Of a DNA stretch of 64,000 nt, positions 30,172-44,579 are shown one piece after another (the stretch's first letter is position 1; the number at the start of each line of letters is the position of its first letter). Below the pieces are notes generated by a model. The model was not told the origin of the DNA, ran no database searches, and saw only the letters and a list, made by a program, of their open reading frames with translations. The translations under genes were made by a program, and so were the position numbers. The stretch comes from the human T2T-CHM13v2.0 reference genome, Homo sapiens. The stretch lies in assembly GCF_009914755.1 (NCBI RefSeq), contig NC_060944.1; one strand, written 5' to 3'.

Positions 30172-31044
30172 TGATCTGTTTCTACTCATAATACTTCTAA
30201 CATCAAATATGTGTTTTTTCCCTCACACTAAGCAATTCTCTAGTTCTCCAGACACCAATTAGTTGTTCTACAATTTAAGTCAAGCCTTACACTATCTAGA
30301 GTGAGCATCAGGTGGCACAGATTAAGGACTCAGTCCCACAAGACTCCCCCCACTTCAAGATACCCATGGCAAGTCCAGGCAACCTGTACTTCTGACAGAC
30401 AAGCTACAAAGTCATAAAGTTGAGGGGTTCCCATGACTCTTTCTTGGGTTTGATAATTTGCTGGAATGGGTCACAGAGCTCAGGGAAAACAATTTACTTA
30501 CTGCTACCAGTTAATTACTGCTACCAGTTGGAAAGGTTGTAAATGAACAGCCAGATGAAGCAGTGCATAGGGTGAGATCTGGAAGGGTCCCAAGCGCGGG
30601 AGCTTCTGTCCCTATGGAGTTGGGGTGTGCCACCGTCCTAGCATGTCAGTGCATTCATCAACATGGCAGTTCTCCTACTCCTGTTGTTTAGGTTTTCTAT
30701 GGAGGTTCCGTGACATTGGCATGATTGATGAAATCATTGGCCAGTGATGACTGACTCAATCCCCAGCACTTCTCTCCTCTCCATAGGTCAGGAAATGGGG
30801 CCAAAAGCTCTAGCTCTGTAGTCGCAAGGTTGGGTGCCCTGGCAATTAGCCCCACCCTGAAGCTATCGAGGGGCCCACCAAGAACCACCTTATTATTAGG
30901 CTTAAACTCAGGTACGATTACAAGTGACTTATGAAACAAAAGATGCTCTTATCACTCAGGAAATTACAAGAGTTTTAGAAGCTCTGTGCCAGGTACTAGG
31001 ATGAAGACTAAATATATATTTCTTATTTATATCACAGTATCACA
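30172..31044 (-). mobile_element. MER21 (ERVL) solo LTR inserted into a MIR
   Basis: Right end is the reverse complement of TGTGATA..GTGATATAAATAAGAAATATATATTT; internal gactcagtcccacaagact; MIR halves on both sides. Confidence 0.75.
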
Positions 31045-32478
31045 CTAAAGCATAGGAAGTTCTCAATAAATGGAAAATAAATAGTGGTCAAACCCACCTT
31101 TACATATTTTGATGCCAAGTGTCAAGAAGGATTATTTATGAAACTCTTCTCACACAAGTTTCCATTTCTTCCTTTGTACACATGAGAGGGCCTGATCAGG
31201 TCAGAAGAAATCACATTTCACACCCATGGTTTTTTGAGCCAAAGGCACAGGGGTGTGGGGGTGTAGGGAGGCAGGTTGGGATGCTTCCTGCTGGCAGTGG
31301 TGTCTCAAAGAGCACAAGGCAGGGAAAATAGGGGATGGGTGGAAGAGGATAGCTAGGGTAGAAGCAAAGGAAAATAAGTACAGAGGGGAGGCAGAGAGAA
31401 AGGGAGAAGGGAGAGTGCCATGGTGAAGAGTTTGACTTGCCAGAGCTAATTCTTTGTAGGCAATATTAGGGTTTCTTGGAAGGAAATCCCCCGTTATGGA
31501 CTTGGAAGGTAAAAATCAGTTTCCATAAAAGAGGGAGTATTAGATACACTAAGCTGGATCATGAAGAGGTAAAATGTATGAAGATTAAAAAGAGGATGCA
31601 GAAAAGAAAAGGACAAAAATATATTAAAAATTAGTTCAACTCCTGCTGGGTTCTTCACGCTCACAGCTGATTAGAAGGTGGGATATATCTGTGTAACATA
31701 TTTGTGGAGCCTGCTTAGCTGGAAGTCCTCATATACCCCCTACCCCACCACCCACCTTCCCACACACACCCTACTTTTGGGGAGCCTGGCTCTGGGCTTT
31801 TTCTCACTGATTCTTGGCCAGAGACAGCACTCCCTTGCCATGGGGGCTCTCTATAGAGGATGCGTGTCCTCATGAGATGGCAGCTGGCTTCCCTGAGAGC
31901 AAGGCACGGGGGAGAGGGAGAGCATGTCCTGGCTTGAAGTGGCAGTCATTTTATAGCCTAATCTCAAAAAGGACATAGCATCACTTTGGCTGTGTTCTGT
32001 TCATTAGAACTGAGTCCCTAAACCCTGCATACACGCAAGAGGAGGAGACTTAAAACCCATCTCTTGAAGGGAGGAATCTCTATGAATTTGTGGGCATATT
32101 TTTAAAACCACCATCATCCCAAACAGCATTCTCTTTAGTTTCTTGTTCCAAGACTTCCTGCATCCCGACTATGTCTCTGTCTCTGCTTTTGGATTATTTG
32201 AGATCTCTTTAAATATTAAATTCCATTTACTGACTTAAGTTCGAAAGTCCTTTCCAATACCATCTGAAGTCTTGGAATCAGTGAAAACATGTCAGACACG
32301 GGCACTTTGCTGTCTTGCAGAAAGTAATGACTTTGGTGGACAAGAGGCAGTTGGAGGTTATCTTAACAGAGGATCAAGCCAATTCCTACACTACAAGGGT
32401 AATCACTCCGCAATGAGTTCAGGTATGCGGTTTCCTAGGCTGAGTCATCTCCTGCTATTTCGTCAGGTCTCCCCAAAA

Positions 32479-32659
32479 CAGGGGTCAGTACACTTCTGTA
32501 AAGGACCAGATGGGAAATATTTTTGGCTTTGTGGGCCACATGTGGCCTCTGCCACATATTTTCTTCATTTTTATTACAACCCTTTGAACATATAAAAACC
32601 ATTCTTAGCTGGCAGGCTGTACCGAGACAAGCCTCCAGGATGTAGTTTGCAGACCCCTG
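32479..32659. mobile_element. MER58A (hAT-Charlie MITE)
   Basis: TIRs caggggtc...gacccctg; ctgtaaaggaccagat...ggctttgtgggccaca. Confidence 0.8.
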
Positions 32660-34440
32660 CGCTAAAATAATCATAGAGAGGTGCTTGTCGTGTCCTTGGA
32701 AGTATTTTAGATATGCTTTTCCATACCACCCAGCCATGGTAAGAGTCTTCTTTCTGTGTCTCTCAAATTTCCTAAAAGATCCAATTTATCTTACTTCAGA
32801 CAAAGAGCTGGGAGTCCTTTTATCAGGTTGGATACATTTTACATAGGATTTCTCTCATTCCTTCAGGGAGACAGAAACAGGTTCAAAAATTAAGTCACTA
32901 AAATGACTAATGTGGTACTGTCAGAGAAGAATTATGAACCTGCAGGGTTATGGTCTCAGAAAATTCATATTGCGTTTCTATGCCTCACGTGAATAACAAT
33001 AACCTTCTCCAACAAGCAGAGTGAAAAATGTGAGGACTGCCAGTAAGTATTCCTTACTGCTGGCTAAATGCTGGCACCACACAGGCTTTCTATGGCAATG
33101 GGAATTTGTGTCAGAGTTGGCTTTTAATGTGGAAAATAATCCAGTTTCATACTTTGGCTTTTATGTCTTTGCTGTTTTCTAGAACGTCAGCATGCCTCGT
33201 GAATGACATTGAACACTCCACAAACCAAACCAAAACAAAAGCCTTTTCTGTGTGTCTTTATCAGCAAGTGAAATCAAAATTGTTGGATGAGAATTCTCAA
33301 AACCAAAAAAATCTACGTTTTATTTTTACCAGGGCATTAGTAAGAAATGTATTACTTAGCCCATGAGTTGACAAAAGAAAATGTATTAACATGTATGTGT
33401 GATTAATGAATTCATACTAAAAGAGGGAAAAAAGGAAAAAAAAAAAAGCTGAAGGAAGAAACTAAAAGCTGTTCATCATATTAATGTTTTGTAGCCCCAG
33501 ATAAGTAGTGCTGCTTTCTTATTTTACTCCCATGCCCAAACCTGTAGTACTGCAAAATTGCTGACTCGAGGTCCTACATGAAAACCGTGCAGAGACTTGA
33601 AAACTCTTGCAAGAGTGGGGAGTTCTATGAATAAATAAATTGTTTAAAGGGTCAATGAATCAGGTATAAACCTCGTTTTGTAATCATAAAATCTGTGGTC
33701 TCAAGTCTGTTTAACGCTCTTAAGGTTTACCTCATAGGACTCACTATTAGTTGTAATTAAAACTGACCAAAAAATCATAATTTAATTGGCGTTAATAGGA
33801 CAGACTTTGAAGGGTCATATTTTATTTTGGATACATAATGTTTCTTCCTGAAATTATTTATTCTTGTAAATTATTCTGATTTAAAATTTATTAGCCAGTT
33901 GTTGAAGAAATTATTTACTTGCCATTTATTTGAATGGTTCAAGTAGTATATGCGTATATTTAAGTATTTATCCTAACATTTTCATGTGATCGGGAAAACT
34001 TTTGCTCTAACTTGACATGTTTTAATTGGCGTTTTATGTCACAAGACAGCATTTGTTACAATACCATTATTTGGGGGTTTTCATAAGAAAACCTATTACA
34101 GCCTAAATGTTAAAAACTAAGATCATTTAGACACTTCTAGAAGCAAAAATCTTCTGGGTTCCATAAAACAGGGAAATTGGGTTTATCAAGTCCAAGATCA
34201 TCTGACATTAGTAATGAGATATGGGAGAACTAGAATAATTTATTCTTATAAGCAAACTGCTGAGAAGATAGAAAGACCTGAAAACCTTTCTCAAGCTGTT
34301 GCTGTAAGATTGTTCTCCTGCAGTCTGCCTTACAGGTAGTGTGCTCTATCATCCCTCCACCATCGGACTGTTTCTGTCTACTGCTGCCTGCTACATCCAC
34401 TGCCTCCTCATGGGGCTCCACCTGTTTAGGGAGGAAGGGG

Positions 34441-34560
34441 CTCTGCATATTAAATGACTGATCCTAGAACCAATGAGGGGCTCTGCATGTTAAATAACTG
34501 ACCCCAGAAACAATGAGGTGCTCTGCATATTAAATGACTGACCCTGGAACCAATGAGAGG
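34441..34560. repeat. Tandem repeat, 3 x 40 bp
   Basis: Units start at 34441, 34481 and 34521; consensus CTCTGCATATTAAATGACTGACCCTAGAACCAATGAGGGG. Confidence 0.95.
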
Positions 34561-35033
34561 GATGAGGCATTAGACAGACCGATTCTCATTTTCAATGAGT
34601 GCAGTCACTTGCAGAGATCTCTCTTTTCATAGATCACAAGGCTGCCTGATATATTTTTTACCAAACATATTTCTGTGGAGAAAAGGCAGCTGGAATTCCT
34701 TTACATTTATCCAAAAAAAAGAACATTTGATAAGGGCAAACTTCTGCAAATTGACCGATTTGGCAGAAAGAACAAAGAACATGCTAGAATACTCCTTAGT
34801 GAGGGATTCATGTGTCGTTTTATGTCTGTACCATTGTACATACTGGCAATGCATAATTGTCTGTGGCCTACTCTGCCACCAGGAGAGAGGAAACAGATGT
34901 TCCTATCTGTCTTTTGATGTGGCTTCTGATACTTACATTGATTTGTCTAAAATAGCATCAGCTACCCTAGAAAATTTTTTTCCTAGTCCTTGAGTTGGTT
35001 GGCTAATTGTTTCAGGTGACTATTAATAATGTG

Positions 35034-35438
<405 letters not shown>

Positions 35439-37289
35439 TCACACAGTATTTTATTTATTCAAAGTGGAGTAAGACCCCAGTAAGACTTTTTGGAATAGAT
35501 CTAATGAAAAATTGAGGGTAAATTTAAATTCAACATCAGGAGGTCTTAGCACTCCCTGCTCCATACAGTAATTATAGAACTGTGGTTATAGGTAGGAAGA
35601 CTAGATAATTAGAGTGTTATCAGTAGTCATGGGAGAAGTGACAGGTTCATTACTAAATAAAAGTAATTTACCCTAAATTGAAAATGACAGCTGATGCCTT
35701 CTAAAAGCACAGCTTGATTAGAAAGAAACCATGAGGATATTGGATATATGTAGGAGAAGAAGGAATGGCAATAGATCTGAAATCACAAAATATATGCAGA
35801 AAGGAGATGACGGGGGTTAGAGTTCTCCTTTTGCTTAGGCTGGTCCCGAGGGCCCACAATAGGCTATATTCTTATTTATGACATAAGGAGAACAGATATT
35901 GGAAGCAACTGTCTCAGACCATCAGTCAAAATGTACAACGCAGACAAGATCACGAAAGGAAAAAATAAGCTAACAGGGGGTATCAGGAAGTAGCATAACT
36001 ATATTAAAATTGACTGTTATATGCACATTTTACTTAAGAAAATCTTATACAAAATTTCTAGAAGTTATTCTAGAGGGATTTCTACTGGGCTAATTTTTTT
36101 TCTCTTCATCTATTTGACCTCATTTTTTATTAAAAGACCTCTGTTGCATTTCTCATGGTCACTGTAAGCCAGAATGTCCCCCTTGTTCCCAGACTCCACA
36201 ACATGCAGTTTTTCCAGGCTGTCAGCTAGGGTGGAATGCAGGGTGGCATCAAAGCGTGGTGACTGACAGCTTGCCTTTAGCCGGCAAATGATGAAGGCTC
36301 AAATCGTAATTCTGCTCCCTGCTAGCTATGGGTGCTTTGGAGAATTGCAGAGACTAGAACAACATTTCTCCACCTAAAAAATAGAATATTCATTATATCT
36401 GTATTATTAAGTTGTTAAGAATGTTCTTCAGGATAATTCAGAGCTTTTGCAGTAGAGGTCGACACCATTCCTCATTCTTCGCACCTCCGTCCAACCACTC
36501 ACCAAAGCCAGTTGGTTCAATCTCTTGAATCTCTTTTCAGTCCATCCTGTTCTCTCCCTCCTCACCTGCTGCCCCTTTATCTCAGGCTTCTGCTATCTCT
36601 TGTGGAGTATTTCAATCAATTTCAAGTGGGTCTTTCATGCTATTACATATTCCTACCCCACAAAACAGCCAGGTGAGAGAGAACCCACCCATGGCTCCCA
36701 GCTGCCCCCGTAGACATGCCTCACTCCCAGCAAAGGGCACAAAGCCCTTTCTAATGTGACCACGGTCTTCACCTGGCTTCAATCCTTCCCCACTCCATTC
36801 GTTGTCTGCTCCAGCCGTACTAAATTACTGTGACTCCCCAAATGTACATGCTTCCTCTCACCTCTGGGGCTTGCTCCCCACCCAGTGAAACATTCCCTCT
36901 TTCCTCAACTCATCCTACTTCATTTGCGTGAATATTTCCCACTTAGATCCATCGTGAAGCACCGGCCATCGGCACTCCCGCCCCATAGGCCCCTCGTAAG
37001 TCTTTGAAGATGCCAAAGCCTTTCTCACATAAGAGTTCCTGGACGTGCTCTTCACTCCACCTGGAGCGATCATCCCTCTCTCTCCTTTTACCCCATTCAT
37101 TCCTACTGATTAATTTTGCTTCACAAGTGCCTTAGGCTTATCAGCTCAAATGCCACTTCTACAGGGAAGCCCTCTCCAATACTCTTGTTTGTTAGAAGCC
37201 ATCTTAGCCACCTACAACCTACATTTCCCTTCATTAGCACGTATCATGACTGAGGATACTATATTTGCGTAATTATTTGGTTTAAAAAT

Positions 37290-37770
37290 CTCTGAGAGCA
37301 GATCCCTCCAAGCACATGCTAAGACAAAGATTCAAGGGCCAGCAGTTGATCTGGGGAGTGATTCCCAGGAAGGGCCAGTAGAGAAGCGGTGAAGTGAGAT
37401 AGAGAAGGGGAGGAAACAAAAACAGGTGCATGAACAAGTAGATTGTCCTGTGGGCAGCTGAGACTTAGTCCTGCGGGAGGACTCCGGGAAATAGTGTGGA
37501 TGTGCCTCTGAGGAGTCCCACTCCAGGGGCATGGATGCCAGGGTAGGGGTATTTGTTCGCCCCTTCCTGTCCGTCATTGGTTGAGGGCTGCTTCTGGGAT
37601 ATTAACTCCCCAGCACCTCAGTATTGGCAGGACAAGCATCCTGTTGAGACCAGAAAAAGCCCTCAGGCCGCATATTCAAGAGAAGAAGCCTCTGGTGCAT
37701 GCAGAAATCAGAGGTAAGTGCCAGGGACGATGGCCAGGGCTTTGACAGCTGTGGCTACAATATCCATCTG
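37290..37770. mobile_element. Old MLT1 LTR
   Basis: gatctggggagtgattcccagga; gtcattggttgagggctgct motifs. Confidence 0.55.
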
Positions 37771-37822
37771 TCCCACTGGACTCAGCTCCACAGCTCTTTT
37801 CCCCACTAGTTATCTCTAGAGC

Positions 37823-38139
37823 AGCACTGTTCAACAGAAATATAGCATGAGTTACAAATGCATATGTTGTTTTACATTTTTCAGAAGCCACATTTATAAA
37901 AAAGGTGATATTAATTTTAACACTATATTTTACTTAACCCAATAGATCAAAGTAGTATCATTTCAACATACAACCAATATGAAAATCGTTCCTTAGATAT
38001 TTTACATTTTTTCACACTACATTCAAAATCTGACATATATGTAACATTTATAGCACATCTCAATGTGGACTTGCCTCGTAGTCCGTGGAGTGCCCATAGC
38101 CATGTGTGGCTAGTGGCTATCACAGTGGGCAATACAGCT
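37823..38139 (+). mobile_element. MER33
   Basis: cagcactgttcaacagaaatata...gtggctagtggctatcacagtgggcaatacagc. Confidence 0.7.
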
Positions 38140-38735
38140 TTAAAGGACAGAGTCTGGGAGAGACTGAGACCTCAAAAAATACTCAGTGACAAAAGTCTCC
38201 GCTGGGGCAGTGCCTCCCCTGAGCAAATTTCACTGACTGCCTCCAGGACTGGAATTAGGTGCTTAAGAGCACCTGCTGCCCTCCCTGCTTCCTCCAGCAC
38301 AATGTTAGCTGTACCTAACTGGGTCTTGTATTCACTCATCTGTCTCCCCAGCATGCTTCTGGAGGGGGTGGGCCCCCAACTTGTTCATTCCTGTGTCTGC
38401 AGCACCTGGTGCAATGTCCAGAACAGAGGGAGCTTCCCCAAAGTTTTGCTCAATGATGAATCCATTTTAAGATAAGGTGATTACATTATCATCTTTAGTG
38501 AAATTTTAGTGAAAAGGTAAATTCTATACATTGATTTTATGAAAAGTCTATTTTTGTCTCACAAATATTAGTATAGCCATGAGGGATTATTCAACTCATG
38601 GCTACAGAGATTCAGAATTTGGACAATGAACAATGCAGTAATAATGTGGGCGTTCATAGCCACATGTAATTAACAAAAATAAATCGCAGCATACTTTCTA
38701 CTTTTACCTGTTAATACTCTAGAGCCTAGACCAAT

Positions 38736-39087
38736 TGTATTAGTCTGTTTTCACGCTGCTGATAAAAACATACCCGAAACTGGGAACAAAAAAAGGTTTA
38801 ATTTGACTTACAGTTTCACATGGCTGGGGAGGCCTCAGACTCATGGCGGGAAGTGAAAGACTCTTCTTCCATGGCGGTGGCAAGAGAAAATGAGGAAGAA
38901 GCAAAAGCAGAAACCCCTGATAAACCCATCAGATCTCATGAGACTTATTCACTATCATGAGAATAGCACAAGAAAGACCGGCCCCCATGATTCAATTACC
39001 TCCCTGGGTCCCTCCCACAACACATGGGAATTCTGGGAGATACAATTCAAGTTGAGATTTAGGTGGAGGCACAGCCAAACCATATCA
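38736..39087 (-). mobile_element. THE1 solo LTR with 5-bp TSD CCAAT
   Basis: tgtattagtctgttttcacgctgctgataa...cagccaaaccatatca; CCAAT at 38731-38735 and 39088-39092. Confidence 0.9.
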
Positions 39088-39088
39088 C

Positions 39089-39260
39089 CAATCATTCTCA
39101 AAGAGTGTGGCCACACTCATAGCAGCAGCATCACCCAGGAATTGATTGGAATTGCAGTGCTCAGGCCCTGTCCCATCTCCGCTGAACCAGAACCCAGCTA
39201 TTTGTGTTTTAACAAGCCCTTCAAGGGCCTCTAATGCACAGTGAAGTTTGAGGACCAGTA
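39089..39260 (+). mobile_element. MER5A whose left end was the THE1 target
   Basis: cattctcaaagagtgtggcc...gcagcagcatcacccagg...tgtgttttaacaagccc...aagtttgaggacc. Confidence 0.7.
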
Positions 39261-41929
39261 CTCCAGATAGAGTAATTTCCAAGTTACTCCTTTAGAAGGA
39301 AAGCAGGAGATCTTAGACAAGAGCTTCCTGTGCCTAAAATTCCACACAAACAAAACATTTGGTTTATCTGCCTAAAGGTGTGTGGTTTCTCTACTTGCAA
39401 ATTAATTTCATATGAAGTAAAGAGAATATGTTGAGATTTATTCTGGTACAATGTCAAATAGCGATTAGCAAAACATTTGGCTAAACAAAGCCATTATTGG
39501 AAATCTGTAATTTTTAAAGAGAGATTAAATACACATAGACCACCCTCTTGTTTTTATACTTGTCAGTCAGCTTTGGGGTGGTTGTTGAGTTTTATCATCT
39601 ATGGGATCATACTGAGGGCAAGAGCACATTTTTGGAAAAAGTTCATACAAAATCATGGGAAACCCATATATTGCTTTCATCCTGAACTTCAAAATTCCAA
39701 ATCAACATCTTTAAAGTTTTATTCCTACTACTTGAAATAGCATGTCTCAACACGGAAGAAACAAGTATTTTAAAGGAAGAAAGTGGTAGAAACACAGAAT
39801 TGGTTTTTGCTTCCCATGATAATATGGGGCTGCCCACAACCTCAGATATATGTGTATTGAATTATACCTTGGAGAGAAAATAAATTAGGCTATTCAGAAA
39901 GCAGGAGACTTTCCCTTTGTGAGTTGCCCCAGACAGACACTTGCACTCACACATCTACATCTTCAATCGTTGACTTCCCAAAGAGCCATTTGGACAATGC
40001 CAAGTGGAGAACTGAAGCAGTTACTCCTTTCATCCAGCAAAAATACCCAACATTTATTCATATCTACATAGAGGAAACAACTTTTTTTTATTTTTCTCTG
40101 GATGATCATCTCTAGCCTCAGTTTCACTTTGTGCAGGCAGACACATCTCATGAAACCTTTCCATTCCTCTCCCTTCTGTCAACTCCTAAAGGGAAAGGCT
40201 TTTGTCTTCTGAATAGCCTAATTTATTCTCTCTCCAGCATCTTGAACGTTGTAGGTACTCAACAAACATTAATTGATGACAAAGCTATATAACAGCTTTT
40301 GAATTTATTCATGGGATGATTCTTCTATTTAAAGAACATCTTTATATACTTTCCATTCTTCAGCAAAAAAAAAGCAAAGAAAAAAAATGTTTCATCTTGC
40401 CAGTTCTGTATTTAACATCTGCACAGAGCACAGTGTGTGCCTGTTTTAAACAAATGTGTAGGCTCACTGGTTATCTAGATTCAGGAATGTAAAGGACAAT
40501 ACAGAGAAATGTAATTTTTAGAAGAAAATTTAAACTTAGGGCTTAATGAAAAAAATGCAGTTGCTGTTTTATCAGAGAGAGTGAGAAAGGGAGAGAACAA
40601 GGAAATCCCATTGTAATGCTATTATGCTAACCTCATTTTGGCCATGATTTTCCCAGTTATAGAGTGGACACCAGGTTATGTGCATATCTGAGAACTGGCA
40701 TAATTTATCATCAATTTGCGAGCACAGAACAACTAGTAGAATAACTGTGTCAGTATAAGTTGATTTCTAACCTCAGTTGTACCATGAAGTCATTGGAAGA
40801 CTTTGGGAAAGTTACTTAATTCTCATTTGTTAGTTACTTTTAAAAAACAGCCACATGAATATATTTCTTATTATTGTCATTCCTTAATAGTTATTGATTG
40901 TGTACAGGATGCTTTGTATCTCTGCAAGGCACTGCAACTTCCCCAGGGAAGCCCACATTAATGAATAGTGTTTATAAAGTACTTGGAAATCCTTGGATTA
41001 AAAACTAACGGTATCAAAGTATTTGTATTAACATGCCATATGGGAGAACCGTATGTTATTTATTAAGAGGCTATGTGTGGTATTGAAAATAGCTCTCTGG
41101 TGCATCACTTTGTGCTATTTTTATATCAAGATATGCCACGGCAAGTTTTGGTATGCTTGGGTCATACCTTCAATGTTGAAATGCCTCAAAATTCAATCCT
41201 TCCACAGGTATTTGTTGAGCTCCTTATTGAGCACTTGACTCTCTGCTTACCATTACACAACACATATGGAAGGCCCAGTGGCACCTACAGTTTCATGCAT
41301 TTCGTCTCTTTGAACACGTGTTATTAAACTGAAGTCCCCGTTAACAGACACACGGGCTTAAAAAATTACAGGTTCCATTTTTCCTCTTCCTTCTACATGG
41401 ACAATGCTGTTTTGAGACACAATGATAGAGATAGGGCTGACACGATTGTCTTGTCTGTCCTAATGGTTGAAGACTAACCCATGAAGCTTGCACCCCTTCT
41501 GTTAATGGGGCATGGATGCAGCACTATTTGAGTTTATTTTGGGTAGAACTGGCAGCCAGGAGAGCACTGCCCAGCATTTCCCCAAACTGGCTACACATGC
41601 TGCACCACCTTCCCAGAAGGCTGTAAGTCATTAGTCTGGAGAACTATATTGTAACGAGTTCCATACAAAATCTGCCCCCGCCTGGGGAGGCAATTCCTTC
41701 TCTTAGCTAGTTGCTCTAATAAGGAGACGATGGCAATGGGTGTATTATCACAAGGTCCTGAGATCTTATGTCGGGGCCAGCATCCTTGAAAAATTCTGTT
41801 CTAAATGACATGTGGAACCTCATGCTTCATAAGTAACTGAAAGATCCTGGAATAGAAGATAATCTACCTCTTTTTTTCCTGATTCATTTGTGAACTATCC
41901 AGACAAGGCCAGGTAAGGCAAGAGCGTAT

Positions 41930-42600
41930 TTCATTAACTGGAGAATATTTATTGAACCCCTACCAGGTACTTAGGAAACATTGTTTCACAAAGCAGACAA
42001 AGACCCTTGCCTCCGTGGAGCTTACATTCAAGGAGGGGCAGGAACACATAAACAATGAACATGATACCTACCTAAATTAGAGGATATGATATATTAGAAG
42101 ATGATGGACAATTGAAGAACCAAAGAGAAAAAGTTGATCAGGATAAGAAGGATGGAGTGTGTGAGGGTGGGGAGATGATGCAATTTTAAATGGAAGGTTC
42201 AGTACAGATCTCATTGAAAGGGGACATTTAAGCAGTAACTTGAAGGAGCTGGAGAGAAAGCACTCCAGGTGGAGGGGTCAGGCAATGCAAAGGCCTGGGG
42301 AGAGGAGACTCCAATGTGCTGGAGGAACAGCACAGAGGCCAGCATGGCTGCAGCGACTGAACCAGCAGGATACCAGGAGAGAATGAATGAAGACAGAGAA
42401 ACAACGAGGGTCTCCACCACGCAGGGTCTTGCTGCCATCAGAGCATTCAAGCAGGGGAGTGGTATGAGCTGCCTCACACTTTAAAACAAACCAGCTAGTA
42501 GGCTGAGAAGAGGTGTTGAGAACAAGAACTGAAGCAGCAAAACACATCAGGAAGCCATTGCCACCACCCAGGATAGAGGGGATGGAGGATGGCCCCAGCC
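41930..42600 (-). mobile_element. L2 fragment
   Basis: atatttattgaaccccta...cccttgcctccgtggagcttacattc...gcaaaggcctggg. Confidence 0.65.
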
Positions 42601-43544
42601 GGCACTAACCATTAACTAACTATTAATACTTGTGCTCCCCACACTTCACCATTTGATTTTTGGGAACCATTAGTTGAGATCAAAGACACATGAAATGTTT
42701 AAACAAATCCACAATTTAATGAAGTTCAAGCAGAAGCTGAGATAGATATCATACTTCATCTGCCTAGAGAACTGAAATACGATTCAAGGAAAAAATAATA
42801 ATGCTTTGGGGGAAAATGAAATTTCCCTCCTAATCCCTTGACATGTGTTTATGGAGCCCTTAACAGATAAGGCACTGTGCTGGGTGCCAAGGACACCACA
42901 GAAAAAAGAGACATCTCTCTGCAGAGGGCTTATGGCTTAGCTCTTGCAGGTGAGCAGAGGTCTCAGGAATCTGCAAGGCAAGAAAGAGAGACTCCAGGAT
43001 TTGGCATGATCTGGACCTGTGTTTAAGTCTCAGCTCTGCCACGAACTGTGTGACTTCAGGGAAGTGACTTTGATCTCCCACAGCCTTGATTTCTTCATCT
43101 GCAAAAATGGAGATAAAGTCGAATACGACGGTATGACGTTCATGGTTATGTGTGTGAGGTGTGTGAGCGTGTAAAGGCCTGGTGCAAAGGAGACATCTGT
43201 AGGAAGCGGCAGCTATGACTCCTGCTAGGTGGAGACTATTCACTGCACACCTTTTTATCTGCACTAAAAGATGCACATGAGGCTCTTCATTAAAACAATG
43301 AGGCAGCCAACATGGAAACTTTTCTAAGAGTAAGCTATTAAAATAGATCAATCAGCTAATGACACCTCCAGACAAAATTTGTAAAGGTTTGGAACTAACA
43401 TTCCCTCCCTCCTTTCCTTCCTTCTTTCCTTTCTTCCTAAAGCCATTAAGCAGGACTGAGAAAAATAGGTGTTTGCATTGGAGAGAGGATGGTGCTGAGG
43501 GGTCACAGGGTTTGGACAGAGTCGGAAGGGCTTCTCTGTCCCAG

Positions 43545-43880
43545 ACTACTGTGAACTAAAGAGACACAACAACTGAATGCTGTATGATCCTAGATTGCTA
43601 TTAGGTTATTCTTGAAAAGTGGCGAAACACAGATGTGATCTGTAGCTTAGATAGCAGGAATGTCATCTATGTTAATCTTTTGATCTGGATGGTTGTATTG
43701 TGGTTATGAAAAAGAATGTCCTTGTTTGTAGAAGATATATACTAAAGTATTCAAGGCTGATGGGCATGATTAGGACATGATTATGTCTGCAACTTACTCT
43801 CAAATGGTTCAGGAAAAAAAAGTTCTTGTCCTGTTCTTGCAACATTCTGTTGCTTAAAATTATTCCAGAATAAAAATACC
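43545..43880 (+). mobile_element. L1MC-type 3' end
   Basis: gtgaactaaagagac...ggttgtattgtggttatg...gcaacttactctcaaatggttcaggaaaaa...aataaaa. Confidence 0.65.
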
Positions 43881-44579
43881 TTTAGCAATAAACACAAAAC
43901 TTTAGAGTTGTAGCACTGCACTCACTTGATATGAGTGCCAGAGGGGTTTGATTCTCAATATTTGTTGTGTTCAATGTTAATTGAGTTAATCCAGATGAGA
44001 TTATCATTTCCCACATTTTTGCTGATTCATAATTTACATATCTTACCCAGACAATAAATAGTTACATTTCTAAGTAGGCAGTAGTAGGCCCCAACATCAG
44101 CTAAGGCTGGGTTGAAACTGTCCCCTGCTGCCATCACTTGCTAGCTGTGGAATCTTAACACGCCTGTGTCTCAGTTGTCTCATCCATGAAATGCAGATAA
44201 TAAAACCTGCCTCATGCAGTTTTTATGAGAATGAAGTTTGATAACCTTTGCAAAGCATTTAGACACTGAGTGGAACATATGCAATATTCAATAAGTGTTA
44301 GCTGGTATTAGCTAATATTCTGTTGCTCATAGAGCTCTATAGTTAAATAAACCATAAACATCATTATATTGATGGCAGTGCAGACTCTTTAAGAGCATTC
44401 CTCTGTTATATCAGCTAATTTTACTTTTCAAATATGTACCTTCTAGAGAATTTTGGAACATATGAGATGAAAATATAGATGGGGAAATACAAAATTAAAG
44501 ACTAGATTTTTTTATAAAAGAGTGCTAATTTTTTTTAAAGTTAACTTAAAGCCTTCCTGAGCTGACAAAAATAAACATG

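Noticed and set aside
34441-34560. CRISPR-like interpretation of the 40-bp repeats
   Set aside because: Units are contiguous with no unique spacers, there are no cas genes, and the context is a human intron.
42860-43351. Longest ORF (163 aa, minus strand)
   Set aside because: Spans MIR/L2 relics; no domain or splice support.
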